Shown piece by piece: positions 1 to 13,678 of a stretch of DNA of 64,000 nucleotides (its first letter is position 1; the number at the start of each line of letters is the position of its first letter). Origin of the DNA: Octopus sinensis (lineage: Eukaryota). The DNA lies in contig NC_043012.1 of assembly GCF_006345805.1 (NCBI RefSeq), positions 59,334,001-59,398,000 on the forward strand. The letters run 5' to 3'. Under the pieces are notes generated by a model that did not search any database, was not told the origin of the DNA, and saw nothing but the letters and a program-made list of their open reading frames with translations. Made by a program: the position numbers and the translations under genes.

Positions 1-480
1 AGGATGAAAGCCAAAGTCAACCTCGGTGGAATTTGAACTCAGAACATAAAGACAGACGAGATACCTATTTCTTTACTACCCACAAGGGGCTAAACACAGA
101 GAGGACAAACAAGGACAGACAAACGGATTAAGTCGATTATATCGACCCCAGTGCATAACTGGTACTTATTTAATCGACCCCGAAATGATGAAAGGCAAAG
201 TCAACCTCGGCGGAATTTGAACTCAGAAGGTAGCGACAGCTGAAATACTGCTAAGCATTTCGCCCGGCGTGCTAACGATTCCTATTTCTTTCCTGCCCAC
301 AAGGAGCTACACACAGAGGGGACTAACAAGGACAAACAGATTAAGTCGAATATATCGACCCCAGTGCGTAACTGGTACTTATTTAATACACCCCAAAATG
401 ATGAAAGGCAAAGTCGACGAGGGCCTAAATGTTGCTAAGCAGTTTGTCCGGCTTGCTAACGTTTCTGCCAGCTTGCCGCC
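1..480 (-). mobile_element. tRNA-derived SINE family A, tandem partial copies
   Basis: Reverse complement of the family A body (GAGTTCAAATTCCGCCGAGGTCGACTTTGCCTTTCATCC...TAAGTACCAGTTACGCACTGGGGTCG...TTTAGCCCCTTGTGGG) repeated about twice; same sequence as 11278-11516 and 38438-39180. Confidence 0.85.
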
Positions 481-782
481 TTATCTTTCCCTTATGATGT
501 CTGTATGGACGTTAAAATATGATCATACGCATGCACGTGTATGAGTAAGTTTGGATAGGATGTATCTTAGGAAAACTAGCAATTGGTTATACATGCAAAC
601 TAGCACTTACTTTCTACAGCACTAACCTTTATCATAAGAAAAGTCTGCTATTTTGGGTCAATACAGGCCTTACTCAGTGTCGCCACTGGTGTTGGCTTCA
701 GATTGTTAAGCACTGGAAAACACCGTGTGGCATATCGCCAACACCGTAACGAGTTGCGGCAATCCACTACCCTGGAATCGTG

Positions 783-816
<34 letters not shown>

Positions 817-1218
817 CCATCATCATCAATGACAACAACAGCAACATCAACAGCCTCTCGATGTTATTGTCTTGAATGCTAAGACTTAGGGGATCAGTTA
901 CCTGGTTTCTATAACGTATGAGTGACCAAGATCACAATAATCACAACCTCCATACACACACACACACACTGAACGAGATGCCAGTCCGTCGCACATTACA
1001 AGGTTACTCGTTTACTCCTTGATTCGATAGGAACAACGTGAAGCGAAATGTTTTGCACAAGAACACAACGTACCACTCAGTCCTGGAATCGAAACCAAAT
1101 CGTGCAATACCATCAGCACTAATATCGAGTTAGTTTTATACCGTTCGAAAAGAATTGGATAAGGCTCCTTCCCATGTCATATAAGTTCATAGGGCCGGTT
1201 TCCCGGGTTCTCTGCAAT

Positions 1219-1440
1219 GGAGGTACGTGGCTTAGTGGTAAAGGTATTGGATTCATTATTGTAAGATTGTGGTTTCGATTCCTGGACCGGGCGACGTGTT
1301 GTGTTCTTGAGCAAAACACATTTCACGTTGCTCCAGTCTACTCCGTAGTCAAGAATGAGTAATCCTGCGACAGACTAGCGTCCCGTCCAGGCAGGGGGTA
1401 TATACGCCATGGAAACCGGGACACCGGTCCTAATGAATCG
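1219..1440 (+). mobile_element. tRNA-derived SINE family C (CORE-like central domain)
   Basis: A-box TGGCTTAGTGG, B-box GGTTTCGATTCC, then TGTGTTCTTGAGCAAAACAC...GTTGCTCCAGTC, shared with 35959-36215. Confidence 0.85.
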
Positions 1441-1444
1441 GTAT

Positions 1445-1660
1445 GATTCAAGATAACTATCTTTTTGCCGGATATGACTCACCCCTGGATGGGACGCCGA
1501 TCTTTTGCAGGGTTACTCGTTTTTGCCAGGTGAGTGGACTGGAGCAACGTGAATTAAAGTGCTGTCCTCAAGAACACAATACATCGTCCAGTCCAGGAAT
1601 CGAAACTACAATCTTACAATCATGAGTGCAACACAATAACCACTTAACCCCGCGCCTCTG
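1445..1660 (-). mobile_element. SINE family C, inverted relative to the copy at 1219-1440
   Basis: Plus strand reads GAGTGGACTGGAGCAACGTGAA...CAAGAACACAA...CCAGGAATCGAAACTACAATCTTAC, the reverse complement of the family C head and core. Confidence 0.8.
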
Positions 1661-2764
1661 CTTAATATAATTCTCTCCAGCAAAAATTGTTACGACGCTC
1701 ACTCAAAGTGTATGACTCTGCTGTGATTTATTTCAGTGACAGATGTTTTGAGAACTCAAAATCCCTCGACTATAATTGGTTATTGTATCATTTTAATAAC
1801 CGAGCATTAAGAGCTCAAATCAGACGGGTAAACTTTACAATTATATTTGCAGGGTGGATAAACTGAACAGCAGTCGGAGGATATTTCTGCTCATGAATTG
1901 TTTATTTTTTAATCTACATTCAAAGACTTGGAGAGCAACAGTACAATGAATTAGCCGCCTAAATGAAGTGTAATTTGGAATAAAACGTTGGAGTGATTGC
2001 GTATTCCGATTAAACTGGAACTAATATTTGACCGATATATATATTTAATCGGGTTCGAAAACATAAAAGGATTAGTCGACCGTTTCAGGATTTGAACACA
2101 GAAACCTGCTTGCAGAGTGTTTACACATTGCTTTGCATAGTTCGACATTTGAACTTTCCAACGTGTTTCGTTCTGTTTGCTTTTTCGTTAAAGCAGTAAC
2201 TCTATATCTCTTCTCTCAATTTCTTATCTTGTTTGTTCTTGTGCACGCAGATACTTCGTTCAGCTTGCTCCTCTGCTTTCTTACTTCAACTTAATCTCTT
2301 GCCTCATTTTACTTGCTCACATCCTAATACCGTGTAACTAGGACGCCGAGGTGCTTCTTTTTTATTGTAATTGTCTCCGTCACTGACTCTACGCATTACC
2401 GTTTAGAAAACACACCAAGTTATTATAAATAGCATAATTACTTTCCTTAGAGAAATGCCGTGTAGATAGGACCCTAAAATACTATTAGTAAGATAACTGT
2501 GCCTTATTGTCGGGACACCAGCTTAGACGTTCGTTACAATAAGTACTAGATTTAGAATGACTACGGCATCGATTCTTCCTCTTCAACGCGGCACACGGAA
2601 TGGCTGCGATCCAACGACTGAACCAATTAAAAGAATATAAAATATAAGAATGCATACATACATACATATATATGCTTACATCAATATATATATATGTATA
2701 TATATACAGATCGATAGATCTATTGATAAACAGACAGACAGAGAGACAGATAGAGAAATAAATA

Positions 2765-2767
2765 GAC

Positions 2768-2838
<71 letters not shown>
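2765..2838. repeat. (GATA)n microsatellite
   Basis: Perfect GATA run; source of the spurious YLSI ORFs. Confidence 0.95.
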
Positions 2839-2839
<1 letters not shown>

Positions 2840-3485
2840 GGAAATACATATCTATACATGCACGTCCATACATACATACAAACACGCACACGCGAGCGCG
2901 CGCGCACACACACACATTTATATGCGTTCGGTATGTGAATTTACTAGTCGACCAATTTAAAAGCTTTAAAACAACATTCCAGGAAAGACGCTTCCAAATT
3001 TGTCTTAGTTAACGATTCTTTTGTGCTTTATTCTCATTCATTTAAGCGCCACACAGCGGCTACAAGTTACCTTCCAGTATTTGATGAGTTATTCGACTGA
3101 TAAGTAATCTAGTATGCAGAAACACTTACGTTTATATCCTAGTTTGAATTCGTACAACATAGTGAAACCTTTGAAAATTGTTTGATATCTAGTCAAGTTG
3201 GGGCAGGTGTGGCTGTGTGGCAAAAAGCTTCCGAGTTTGGAAAGAAAGGTAAGAGGTTTAGCATCTTATTTTGTTATAGAATTTTGTTATAGAATATTGT
3301 GAACAGTCTAGAGGTTTGTTGCCTCATGAACAATATACAATAGATCAATGTTCTCGGGGAAAATCGATCGGCGGGCGTCGTTTTTTCCCCCATTAATCAT
3401 CACTTTCATTTTCATTTCATATAATATTGTTTACATCCAGCCTGCAGCTTCCTTTCTCTGTGTAAGGCCTTCTGGCCAATATAAT

Positions 3486-3817
3486 GAAATACAGAAGCTT
3501 GCTTCCCAACCACATGCTTCTTAGTTCAGTACCACTGCGTGACACCTTCAGCAACTGTCTTCTACTATAGCCTCGGGCTGACTAAAGCCTTACGAGTGGA
3601 TTTGATGGACGGAAACTGAAAGAAGCCCGTCGTATGTATGAGTGCGCGTCTTTGTTTCTGTGTTTATCCTACATCACCACTTGACAACCGATGTGTTTGC
3701 TTCCCCGTTACCTAACAGTTCTGCACAAGTGAACGATACAATAAGTACTAGGCTTAAAGAATAATCATTGGAGTCTATTTGTTCGATTTGTTTGGCTAAA
3801 ATCCTTCAAGGCGGTGT
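3486..3817 (+). mobile_element. SINE family B, 5'- and 3'-truncated
   Basis: CTTCCCAACCACATG...CTATAGCCTCGGGC...GGAAACTGAAAGAAGCCCGTCG...AATAAGTACTAGGCTT...CCTTCAAGGCGGTG, matching 33279-33690. Confidence 0.8.
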
Positions 3818-3819
3818 TA

Positions 3820-4077
3820 ATATGCATGCGTAATACATAATATTGAAAGACTTCATGTAAAGTAAAGTAAATATAACAAATAATCCAGAATCCTTGTCCG
3901 GTATCGGATCGATCCCAAGATCTAAGCAGTTGATGCCAGTCATGAGACCAAACATCCGTGAAAGTTTCGTGCGAATCCCTCCAGAGGTTCTTGAGATATC
4001 TTGTCGGCGGACAAACAAACAATCAAACAAACACGACTGAAAACAATACATCCGCCTTACATAACACGGAGGTAATA
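3820..4077 (-). mobile_element. Helentron-associated non-autonomous element (HINE/DINE-1-like), 5' half
   Basis: Minus strand starts ATTACCTCCG with a nearby imperfect inverted copy (plus-strand 4045-4054 versus 4067-4076), then a (GTTT)n tract and GGGATCGATCCGATACCGGACAAGGATTCTGGATTATTT, shared with 29115-29160. Family assignment from recalled HINE architecture. Confidence 0.6.
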
Positions 4078-4084
4078 AGAACAA

Positions 4085-4386
4085 CGTGTGGAGGCACATG
4101 CCTAGTGGTTAGAGCAGCAGACTCGCGGTCGAGGGATCGCGGGTTCGAATCACAGACCGAGCGATGTGTGTGTTTATGAGCGAAACATCTAAGTTCCACG
4201 CAGCTCCAGCAGAAGGTAATGGCGAACTTCTGCTGACACTTTTTTCGCTACAACTTCCTCTCACTCTTTCCACCTGCATCTTGCAGCTCTACTGCGTCCT
4301 GTTCAGGTGGGGAACCTATACGCCAAGGGAACTGGGAGACCGGCCCTTATGGGCCAGTTATGGCTCGAGAAGGGACAAACAATAAC
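4085..4386 (+). mobile_element. Full-length SINE family C with 11-bp TSD
   Basis: A-box TGCCTAGTGG, B-box GGTTCGAATC; flanked by the direct repeat AATAAGAACAA at 4074-4084 and 4387-4397. Confidence 0.9.
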
Positions 4387-5068
4387 AATAAGAACAAAAG
4401 ACGAGTTATGAAGAGAACGAGAATTATTATTTATAACAAAGGAACGCATACTAAACAACACAGATATTCGTTAGCAGAGAATGACATGCAGCTATGAGAT
4501 AAAGATATTACATATTCATACAAAGAAAAGCCAATTCGAAAGAAGGTGATATTTTGTAAAGAAAAAATGGAAGAAAACTTCTTTTAAATATTATTATTTT
4601 TATTTTTAAGGACAGGTCAAAAGCTGAAACTATCATAAATTAAAATTCTCAGGTAATCCAGGAGTTGAATAAAAGAGCAACTGACCACGAGAGCAGTCAA
4701 TGCAAAAGGTATGGGGATATAGAAATGCAGGAAAGTCATTTGTGCCTTGTGCGAGGGGACAGATGGGGAGGATACTAGTCGTCAGAAAGGAAGACAAGAA
4801 GGGAGAGGAAGGACACTGGGGGAAATGCGAGTAAATGTGTAGGTAAAGATAGGATTATAGATAAATTGAAACAGAAAGATAGGAAACCAGAAGGAAATGT
4901 ACGAAGAAAGAGGAAAAGGTAAATAGTTAAAGGTAAATGGGATAGAAAAATAGATAATAGGGAAATAGAAAGAAGATTGCTAGATACTTACTTACATATA
5001 TAAGCATACATGTGTACATAGCAATTATATACGTGCATGTATGTGAATATGCGTGTATGTATGTATAT

Positions 5069-5146
<78 letters not shown>

Positions 5147-5150
<4 letters not shown>

Positions 5151-5437
5151 TAATATTAAGGGATCAGCAAAAGAAATGCATCACCACAGGTCTACTAGAG
5201 AATAGACCTTTTTTCACGAAGGTCTACTAGAGAATATACCTTTTTTAAGTAGAAGAAATGGCTTAGATTTTGGCTGCTATTTCTGAACTTCGGTATGTGG
5301 TGATGCATTTCTTTTGCTGATCCCTTAATATTAGTATTACTAGAATTTACCGTATAACGGTCCTGTTTTCATACCGAATTCTACTTGGTGAAATTTATTG
5401 ATTACTTCGTAATTAATTAGTTTTACCCTAAATTACT
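5147..5437 (+). mobile_element. (TA)n-flanked fold-back element, putative Penelope pseudo-LTR remnant
   Basis: 42-bp inverted arms 5147-5188 and 5296-5337; the 3' part (TAGAATTT...ATACCGAA..CTACTTGGT.AAATT...TTTTACCCT) resembles 25420-25520; (TA)n on both sides. Confidence 0.5.
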
Positions 5438-5688
5438 ATATATATATATATATTTGTGCATGTATATGATGTGTGCGTACGCCAGTGTATTTGAATGTAT
5501 AAACGAGCTATGCTGTTCTCATTAGTGTTTGTAGATTTTATTTATTAATTCGTAGCTAACGGCTCAGTCTTACATCTCCCAAGGTTGTACCTTTTGTGTG
5601 TTCCATCATTCGAGAAGGAACGAACGCACAGAGAAGTCACCCTCGGAGTTGAGACAGAGAAAATATATATAGAGAGAGAGTAACTATG

Positions 5689-5725
<37 letters not shown>

Positions 5726-6964
5726 CTGAGTTTGGAATTACATTCTCGTTTATCAGGTTGAGATAATGTTCATTTATCACATCTCATATCTTTTTATGTG
5801 AAGTAATGTCGGTAAAGTTCTTCAGTAATGGAGAATGCCGGAGAGTGTTCTGGTCTGTTGTTGGCACGGTGCACTACTCAGCGAGCTACGTTTTCATCAA
5901 ATAAAAATACTTCGATTTGATTAAGAAAGAATTGTTTCCATTAATATTTTTCTCGCCATCCATAAGCGATTTCACTTTCTCGCCAAAAGCAATATCTCTT
6001 TGTAATGGGTGAGATTTCAATAAAAGGCAATAAATGATTACAATGCCATCTTTTGGTCTTGTTTACTGTCCATAAAATGGGGTAAAAAATATTCTCTTTT
6101 GAAATATGTTAAGAAGTGTTACTCCCGTGAAATCTAACGCCATTTTGTTTTAAATTTACATCGTCTTGTTATAATTCTTGTTCATGTTATGAGGTGGGGT
6201 TTCAAAAAAACTTCTCAATCTCTTTTTCATGCTATTATTTTATTTTTATTTATTTCATTTTATTTTAATTAATTTTATTTTCATTCCTGGCATCTGAATA
6301 TTTTAGATACCTTACATATCATTTTTTTGCTTTTATTTTTCTTTATTTCATTTTTTATTTTATTTTATTGGTGTCTCTAGAATTGTCTTCCTTGTTGGTA
6401 AATTGTTATTTCTATGCATTTTTGTCAGCGGTGGGGCGGAAGACGTGTCGGTTTTTCGTTGTGTTTCGTTCTCTCTTTTGCTTGTGCCATCTTTTCCAAC
6501 AAGGAAGGTGGAAAAATTCTGTTATATATTCATATTATTACATTAAATGTCTATTATAGAAATAGAATTAGTTGTAATTCTATTTGCTTTTCTCTCCTTT
6601 GGAAAAACTGACTGTTGTGGTGATAAGGTAATTTGAAACGACCAAACCAGAATGGGAAACTTGTTTGTATACTTTCATTTATATTTTTTATTTCATTTTT
6701 ACTTTATTTTATTTTTTATTTCATTATATTTCATTTTTTTTTTAACTTATAAGTTTTATTTTATTATTGTTTGTTTTTTTTTGTTCTTCAGAAAGAATGA
6801 AAGAAATATAAACGATGTACAAGACCAATCAATCTCAGCTTGTTTTTCGCTTTTCTTCTCACCATCTTTTCCATTTTAGTTTCAGGTCTGATGTACATTT
6901 TATCCTCTTTTGTTATTTTATTCTTCATACAAATATAAGATTTGTTTGGTGGGTATATACCTCC

Positions 6965-6999
<35 letters not shown>

Positions 7000-7158
7000 T
7001 ATATTTGTGTGTGTGTTTGTAGGTATGACTGTATGTACGTATACGTATATGTATATTTATGTGTGTGTGCTTGTGTGTTCTAACAAATCTTACATTTACA
7101 TATTTATATGAATACATATACATACATAGATATACATACATACATATATATGTATTTG

Positions 7159-7191
<33 letters not shown>

Positions 7192-7759
7192 ATATTTACA
7201 CATATATACATACATACATATATACATATATATTTTTGATTTTGTGTGCTCATGTATATATGTGTGTGTGTGTGTCATTGTATGTGTACACACACACACA
7301 CACATATGCATACAGGCACACGTTTGCTTTTGTCGTTTTCGGCTTTTTGGTTTTCATTTTGTTTTGTTTTTATTTGTTTTTGTTCTGTTTGCTTGTTGTT
7401 TTTCTTTCTTTTTTTGGCAGGAATTGAAACATTTCAATATTGCTTATTGTAGAGTAAAATGAAACGTGTTTTTCAGCTTGTATTTTGTTAAAAAAAAAAT
7501 TTAATTTTAGAAATGTAAGAAAATCAATTTCATATTCATCTTAACATCATGTTGATTAAGCTGGAAATAACCGGTAGATGTCAATTTTCAGCACATGTTA
7601 TTAATAGTATGAACTAGCAACACCTTCAATCACCATTCTTACAACTGTCAGAATCTATGAAGAATAAAAAATTATGGAAGTGAATAGCTACTACGGTTAG
7701 GCTATAAATATTTGCACATACGCAAAAGGAGGCGGGACAGAAATATATCATTTTTCGCA

Positions 7760-7795
7760 TGCAAACACACACACACACACAAACAAACACACACA

Positions 7796-7836
<41 letters not shown>

Positions 7837-7956
7837 ACACACACATACACACACACATATACTAACACACACACACGCGTGTGGATGGGTGGGGGCAGAA
7901 ATACATACACAGGCATTCACACATGGGCATATATACGTTCAAGCAACAATATGCAC

Positions 7957-8001
<45 letters not shown>

Positions 8002-8037
8002 ACACACGCATACACGTACATGCACACACACACACAC

Positions 8038-8070
<33 letters not shown>
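7760..8070. repeat. Compound (CA)n/(CT)n microsatellite
   Basis: Direct reading of the sequence. Confidence 0.9.
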
Positions 8071-8072
<2 letters not shown>

Positions 8073-8395
8073 AAACATATCATTTGTTTACAAAGTTATG
8101 TATGTATGTATATATGCATGTACTTAGGTATCTATGTATCATGTATGTACGTATATATGAATATAATATATGTGTATATAGATAATAAATATCTTTGTGC
8201 GTGTGTGCATGCATGTATGTTTATGTGCGTGTGTGTGTATGTGCGTGTGTATAATATATAATATAAATTTAATACAAATATATATATATGATATATGATA
8301 TATATAATATATATGTGTCTGTGTCCATGTATGTACTTACGAGTATATGTCTATGTATGTATGCATGTATCCATCTATATATACATATACATGTA

Positions 8396-8434
<39 letters not shown>

Positions 8435-9279
8435 TATATATGCATACACATATATCTATATACTTGTGTGTTTGTATATACATATTAGTGAGAGAGGGCG
8501 ACATATAATCACATATTTCTAAAGATATATTTCTGCCCGTATATTTGTATTACGCACGTGCATACATACGTACACACATCATGTGTATATGGAGGTATAT
8601 GTTTATATACAGGTGCGTGTCTTGTCTATGTATGTGTGTGTGTGACATGTATGTTTGTGTGTGTATGTGTGTGTATATGTTCTATGTATGAATGTCTATC
8701 ACTCTAGGCTGGAAAATATTTTCCTGCGTGCAAACGTGCGTATAAAAGTGTCCGTGCGTGTGTGTCAATAAGAATTGTATACTTGCATATTTATATATTT
8801 ATAAATTTATATCTTTATATATTTGTATATTTGTCTCTCATACAAAGACAGACATGTCTCTCAAAAGACTGTATCTATCACGATCTGTTGGTCTATAATG
8901 TCTACTCTTCGGCAAACGTATGTTTAACGTGGCGCCTGTCACTCAGTAATATGCCGTGGGTATTTGTCCACTCTTGTTTCATATATACATTCTAATGTAT
9001 GTACATGTATGATACATATATATATATGTGTGTGTGTGTGTGAGTATATAGACGTTGCTGTAACTGTCAACACTCTTTGATATACCTGCCAACAAATATA
9101 GGGGTTTGTTTGTTTGTTCGTTTTGTGTTGCATATATTTTTAATGTTTTTCTTCATTTTTTTCCTTTTTCGTTCATCTTTTCCTATATTCTTTGTCAAAA
9201 TATGTTGCTGCATCAGTCTCCAGACGTTGGTATATGTATGAAAAGATGTTCATATCTATCGGCAGTAAAAACACCACCA

Positions 9280-9640
9280 AAAACAAGAACAACAACGACT
9301 GCAAATACAACAATAATAATAACGCCAATCAAAATTACAACTGTAACAACAACAACAAATGCCACTGCCATAATAACTGCAACAGCAATAATAGCAGCAG
9401 CTACAGTGACAACTACAATGGTAATGACAACAGCAACAACAACAACAATTACAACTGTAATAGCATGAACAACAAGGCCAACGACTGCAATACTATAAAT
9501 AACAAAAATAACATTTACAACTATGTAATAACAACAACGCCAACAAAAACACCACAAACTTCGAGAGCCAATATAGTGTCAGCGAATGCAACAAAGGCAA
9601 ACGGCGATAACAATCACAACGGCAGCAATAGCAAAAAAGA
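9280..9640. repeat. Degenerate (AAC/AAT)n trinucleotide tract
   Basis: Gives Asn/Thr-rich ORFs in several frames with no complex sequence. Confidence 0.85.
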
Positions 9641-10219
9641 TAGAGCTGAGGGAGAATATGGTAGACTTTGGGATTTAATGCAGTAGGGAATTTCAAGGTC
9701 ATTCGATCATTTATTCCTCGGGGTAAATGTTGCCCCAGTTGGCGGGAACCGCTTTCTCGGCTCTGCTTATTGCGTTTTATTTCGTAATGGCCTTTGTTTT
9801 GAGTATTTACGTGACTCGCCGCGCTAGGTCTGTGGGAATGTAAAAGTACTTTTCAGGTAATTTGGTGAAATTCGATTTAGAACGCAAAGACAACGGTTCC
9901 CACCATTGTATAGTTCCACTAATATTTTGCTCTAGATTTGCATTTTTATTTTATTGACGCCGAAGTCTGGAAATCAAAGTTGACCACAGCGAGATTTGAT
10001 CTCAATGCGTAGATGGTCAGAACCAATACTGCAAGACAACCGGTCACACAAGTTTACAGTTCCAGCTATGTATCGCTTTCGATTTGTTTTTTTCTATCGC
10101 CCTCGAAACCTGAAAAGCAAAGTTGACCATAGCGATATTTGATCCCAGTGCACAGAGATTTGATCTCAGAACAAATATTCTTTTCAACTCTAGGCACAAG
10201 GCCCGAAATTTTAGGGGGG

Positions 10220-10392
10220 GGGAGACCAGTCGATTAGATCGACTCCAGTACGCAACTGGTACTTAATTTATTTACCCCGAAAGGATGAAAGGCAAAGTCG
10301 ACCTCGGGAGAATTTGAACTCAGAACCTAAAGACAGACGAAATACCGCTAAGCATTTTACCCAGCCTGCTAACGTTTCTGCCAGCTCGCCGT
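10220..10392 (-). mobile_element. SINE family A
   Basis: Reverse complement of the family A head and body, ending at CTGCCAGCTCGCC. Confidence 0.8.
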
Positions 10393-11277
10393 AGTTCCAC
10401 ATTCATATAGTTCTGTCATTTCACCGCTCTGAAAAGGTATTTTGTATCGACCCTGAACGAATGGTAGGCAAAGGAGAATTCGGCAGGAATTGACCTGGAA
10501 ACGTAGGGACTCGAGACAAATACTGAGAAGGAGTCTATCCGACACTCTAACGTCTCTGCCAAATTAGCCGCCTTGAGTGGCATAATGTATGTCTGCCCCC
10601 TTATATACTGTGTTGAAATCCAGCCTGGGCTCACTTTATCATCAATCTTCCATCCTTTAGCATTGGTATCTCGTGTATCCATAGATCTGTCCTTGGCGGT
10701 AAGATTTGGTATGGTTTTATCAAAAACCAATGGTTTTCCTGTTTTCATATCACTTATATTTTCAAAAAAGAAAAGCAGAACCAGTCCAGTGTCGAAGTAG
10801 GATCGTCACAGGAGTTTTCATCAGATCATAAAAAGCTGGAGCAGAAACCACGAGGCCTTTTATTCAACTCGCTAACGATGCCAACTATCCAGCTCCGTGA
10901 TCTTCTACTATATTTAATGATCTGAAAGGATTAAATGTAAAGCTGACCTAGGCGGGATTTGAACTTGCACCTCAGAGAAGCTGGACGGGTACAAGAAAAT
11001 ATTCTATTCGACGCTCTGTTGACTAGGAATTCACCTTCTCCTAAACACAGCCATTCACAAATGCAATCACTATCGTTTCATATTGTTGTGATTTATGCAT
11101 TAGCTTCTTTGATCATAGATCTGCACGATTAGAGTTCAACAAGGACTAAACACAAACAGCAACAATAGCCACTTCAAAAACATGATACTGATTTCTAATA
11201 TTCAAACAAAAGAAGGCGGTGAGCTGCTTGAATTGTTGCCGCGCCGGGAAAAATACTTAGCGGTATTTCTTCGGAAA

Positions 11278-11516
11278 GGCGGCGAGCTGGCAGAATCGTT
11301 AGCACGCTGGACGGATGCCTAGAGGTATTTCGTCTGCCGCTACGTTCTGAGTTCAAAATCCGCCGAGGTCGACTTTGCCTTTCATCCTTTTGGGGTCGAT
11401 TAAATAAGTACCAGTTACGCACTGGGGTCGATGTAATCGACTTAATCCGTTTGTTTGTCCTTGTTTGTCCCCTCTGTGTTTAGCCCCTTGTGGGTAATAA
11501 AGAAATAGGTATTTCT
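11278..11516 (+). mobile_element. SINE family A, full monomer
   Basis: GGCGGCGAGCTGGCAGAATCG (A-box-like), GAGTTCAAAATCC (B-box-like), 3' end TTTAGCCCCTTGTGGGTAATAAAGAAATAGG. Confidence 0.9.
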
Positions 11517-13534
11517 TCCGAATTTTTACGTCCTGAGTTCAAATCTCGCCAGGATTGATTTTGGCTTCTATCCTTTCGGATCGATACAATGAGCATCAGT
11601 TGAAGATTTGCCAAAATTTGAAATCAAAATTACATACGAAATTATGCAGGTGATTTGCGAAATTAAATGGGTGTAACGATATTATAAAGATATGTAGTGA
11701 AAATGATACTGGTGAGTCGCGAAACAACGTAGATGTGTAGCAATATTTTACAGGTGCGTCTCGAAATTATCCGAGCCCAGAAAATTTTTTTTAATCGATT
11801 TTCGTTTCCGAAGAGCAACAAACGATAAATGAAAAAGAGGAGGAAATGAGATAACAACTTACGATTGTGTGTCCATAACATGGACTCACAATCGTAATGT
11901 TATGAATTCGATTCCCAGTTCGAGCATTGTGTTCTTAAGCCAGGTACATCAGTTCATATATATCCAGTCCCTTCAGCTGAAAAGGTGTAGAATGACATGA
12001 TATAACGCTGCTAATTCTAGCAGGCTAAATGACCGCACAGAGACTTTTTATCGTGTAGAATGATGTCAAAAAAGATGTAGAAGTCCATCATGACCTTGAG
12101 TCTGTATTAGAAACCACTAGGAGAAACGATTCCACATTTTTAAATATTTTAATATTTGGTTCCAATTTTATTTTCCCCTGTGACAAAAGTAGGTATTCAC
12201 TGAACGTATCAGCTAGTCGCAGGTAGGTTTCTTTATTATATGGATAAAAAGATTAAGCATCCTGGGCCCCAAAACCCTTTTTCTACTCCGTCTCAACGAT
12301 ATAGAGACTGCCATCCACAGAAATGAGGAACGAGATTCGCACGTCACTTGCTATTTCAGGTTAATGCACCCGCCATCTTTTCTGCGGCGACTACGAAATA
12401 TTTGCGTGACTCACCGTAATATATTTTTCCATAAACTTTTCGTTCATAGTAAAATTATTAATTATGACATTAAATAAGGGAATAACCATTTGTGCACGCA
12501 TTAATTATTGTGTGTGTGTGTGTTTGTTTGTGTATGAATATATGTGTGTGAATGTACTTGTTATAAAATGTGCCTGCGTGCACACGTGCTTACGTGCACA
12601 GCTTAAAGGAAAGAGCGGATAGGAACAGGTAGATCGATCCGATATTTCATACATACTTTATTTTATCAACTCTAAGAGGACAAAATAGCAAAGTATACTC
12701 TGACGAAATTGGGGCTCACAATTAGAAGAGATCGAACTAAATATGTAACACGAAAGTAATTTGCCTACATACAATAATGAAGATCCAGGTTTGATTCTTA
12801 CGTACGGCACTTCGACCAAGCATTTTTTTGTAATTTTGTTTTTATAGAATAGCTACAGATCAGAAACAGTTATGGATACTCTGTGTAAACCAGTTAAACA
12901 AGTTGTATCAAAAACTTAATGGCCCGGCCTTCACCTTCACTGTATCAAACTGATCCGTCGGGGTGCCGGTCAAAATACCTGGTAGCTTTTCTTCCTACTC
13001 GTTACGTTCTGAGTTGAAATTCCGCCGATGTCATTTTTACCGGTCATCTTTACAAAGTAGATAACATAAAGTACCAGTCAAGTACTGGAGTTGGGGGTAT
13101 TCCCAAAAATTACTAGCCTTGCACGAAAATTCCAAAATTTAAAACAGTTATTAATTTAAAGCACCAAAATTCCAAAATTTAAGCAGTTATAAAATTTAAA
13201 GCAGTTATGCTGTCTTCTTGTTCTTCTTCCAATCAGGATTCACGCCATTAGCCACAAAGAATAATTTCTAATTCGAGCCTACTCTAAGCTACTAAGAATG
13301 CGTGTGGCAACTTGAAGATCCACCCGCCACACGCGATAGACTGGCAGTTGCACGGGTGCGAAATCTACGTTGTTATCCTCATTCCATAAACGGTGGCCTT
13401 TAAGGGGTGGAGAGCTGAACCATCATGGGGCACAGAGTATTCGCAATCTAGACTAGGGTCTGAAAGTCTTACCACACTATAGTGGGTTACACCATAGTTC
13501 CTCAGCTTTGTGGCAGAAGTAGGAAGAAGGAGTG

Positions 13535-13678
13535 AGAGAAATTTGTGGTGAAAGAGTGCAGCGGTGGAGCTTAGGTGTTTTTGCTCAATAAACACACACA
13601 ATGCCCGGTCTGGGAATCGAAACCGCGTTCTTACGGCCGTGAGTCCGCTGCCCTAACTACTGGGCCATTGCGCCTCCA
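13535..13678 (-). mobile_element. SINE family C variant, 5' part
   Basis: Minus strand GGAGGCGCAATGGCCCAGTAGTTAGGGCAGCGGACTC...GGTTTCGATTCC. Confidence 0.75.

Noticed and set aside
5700-6230. Hammerhead at minus-strand CTGAAGA (5819-5825), or a coding exon
   Set aside because: No GAAA or stem II follows, and no open frame or motif was recognised.
11709-11731. CTGGTGA-GTCGC-GAAAC-AAC-GTA as a hammerhead
   Set aside because: Core mismatch, one-pair stem II, non-palindromic stem III and no stem I; likely chance.
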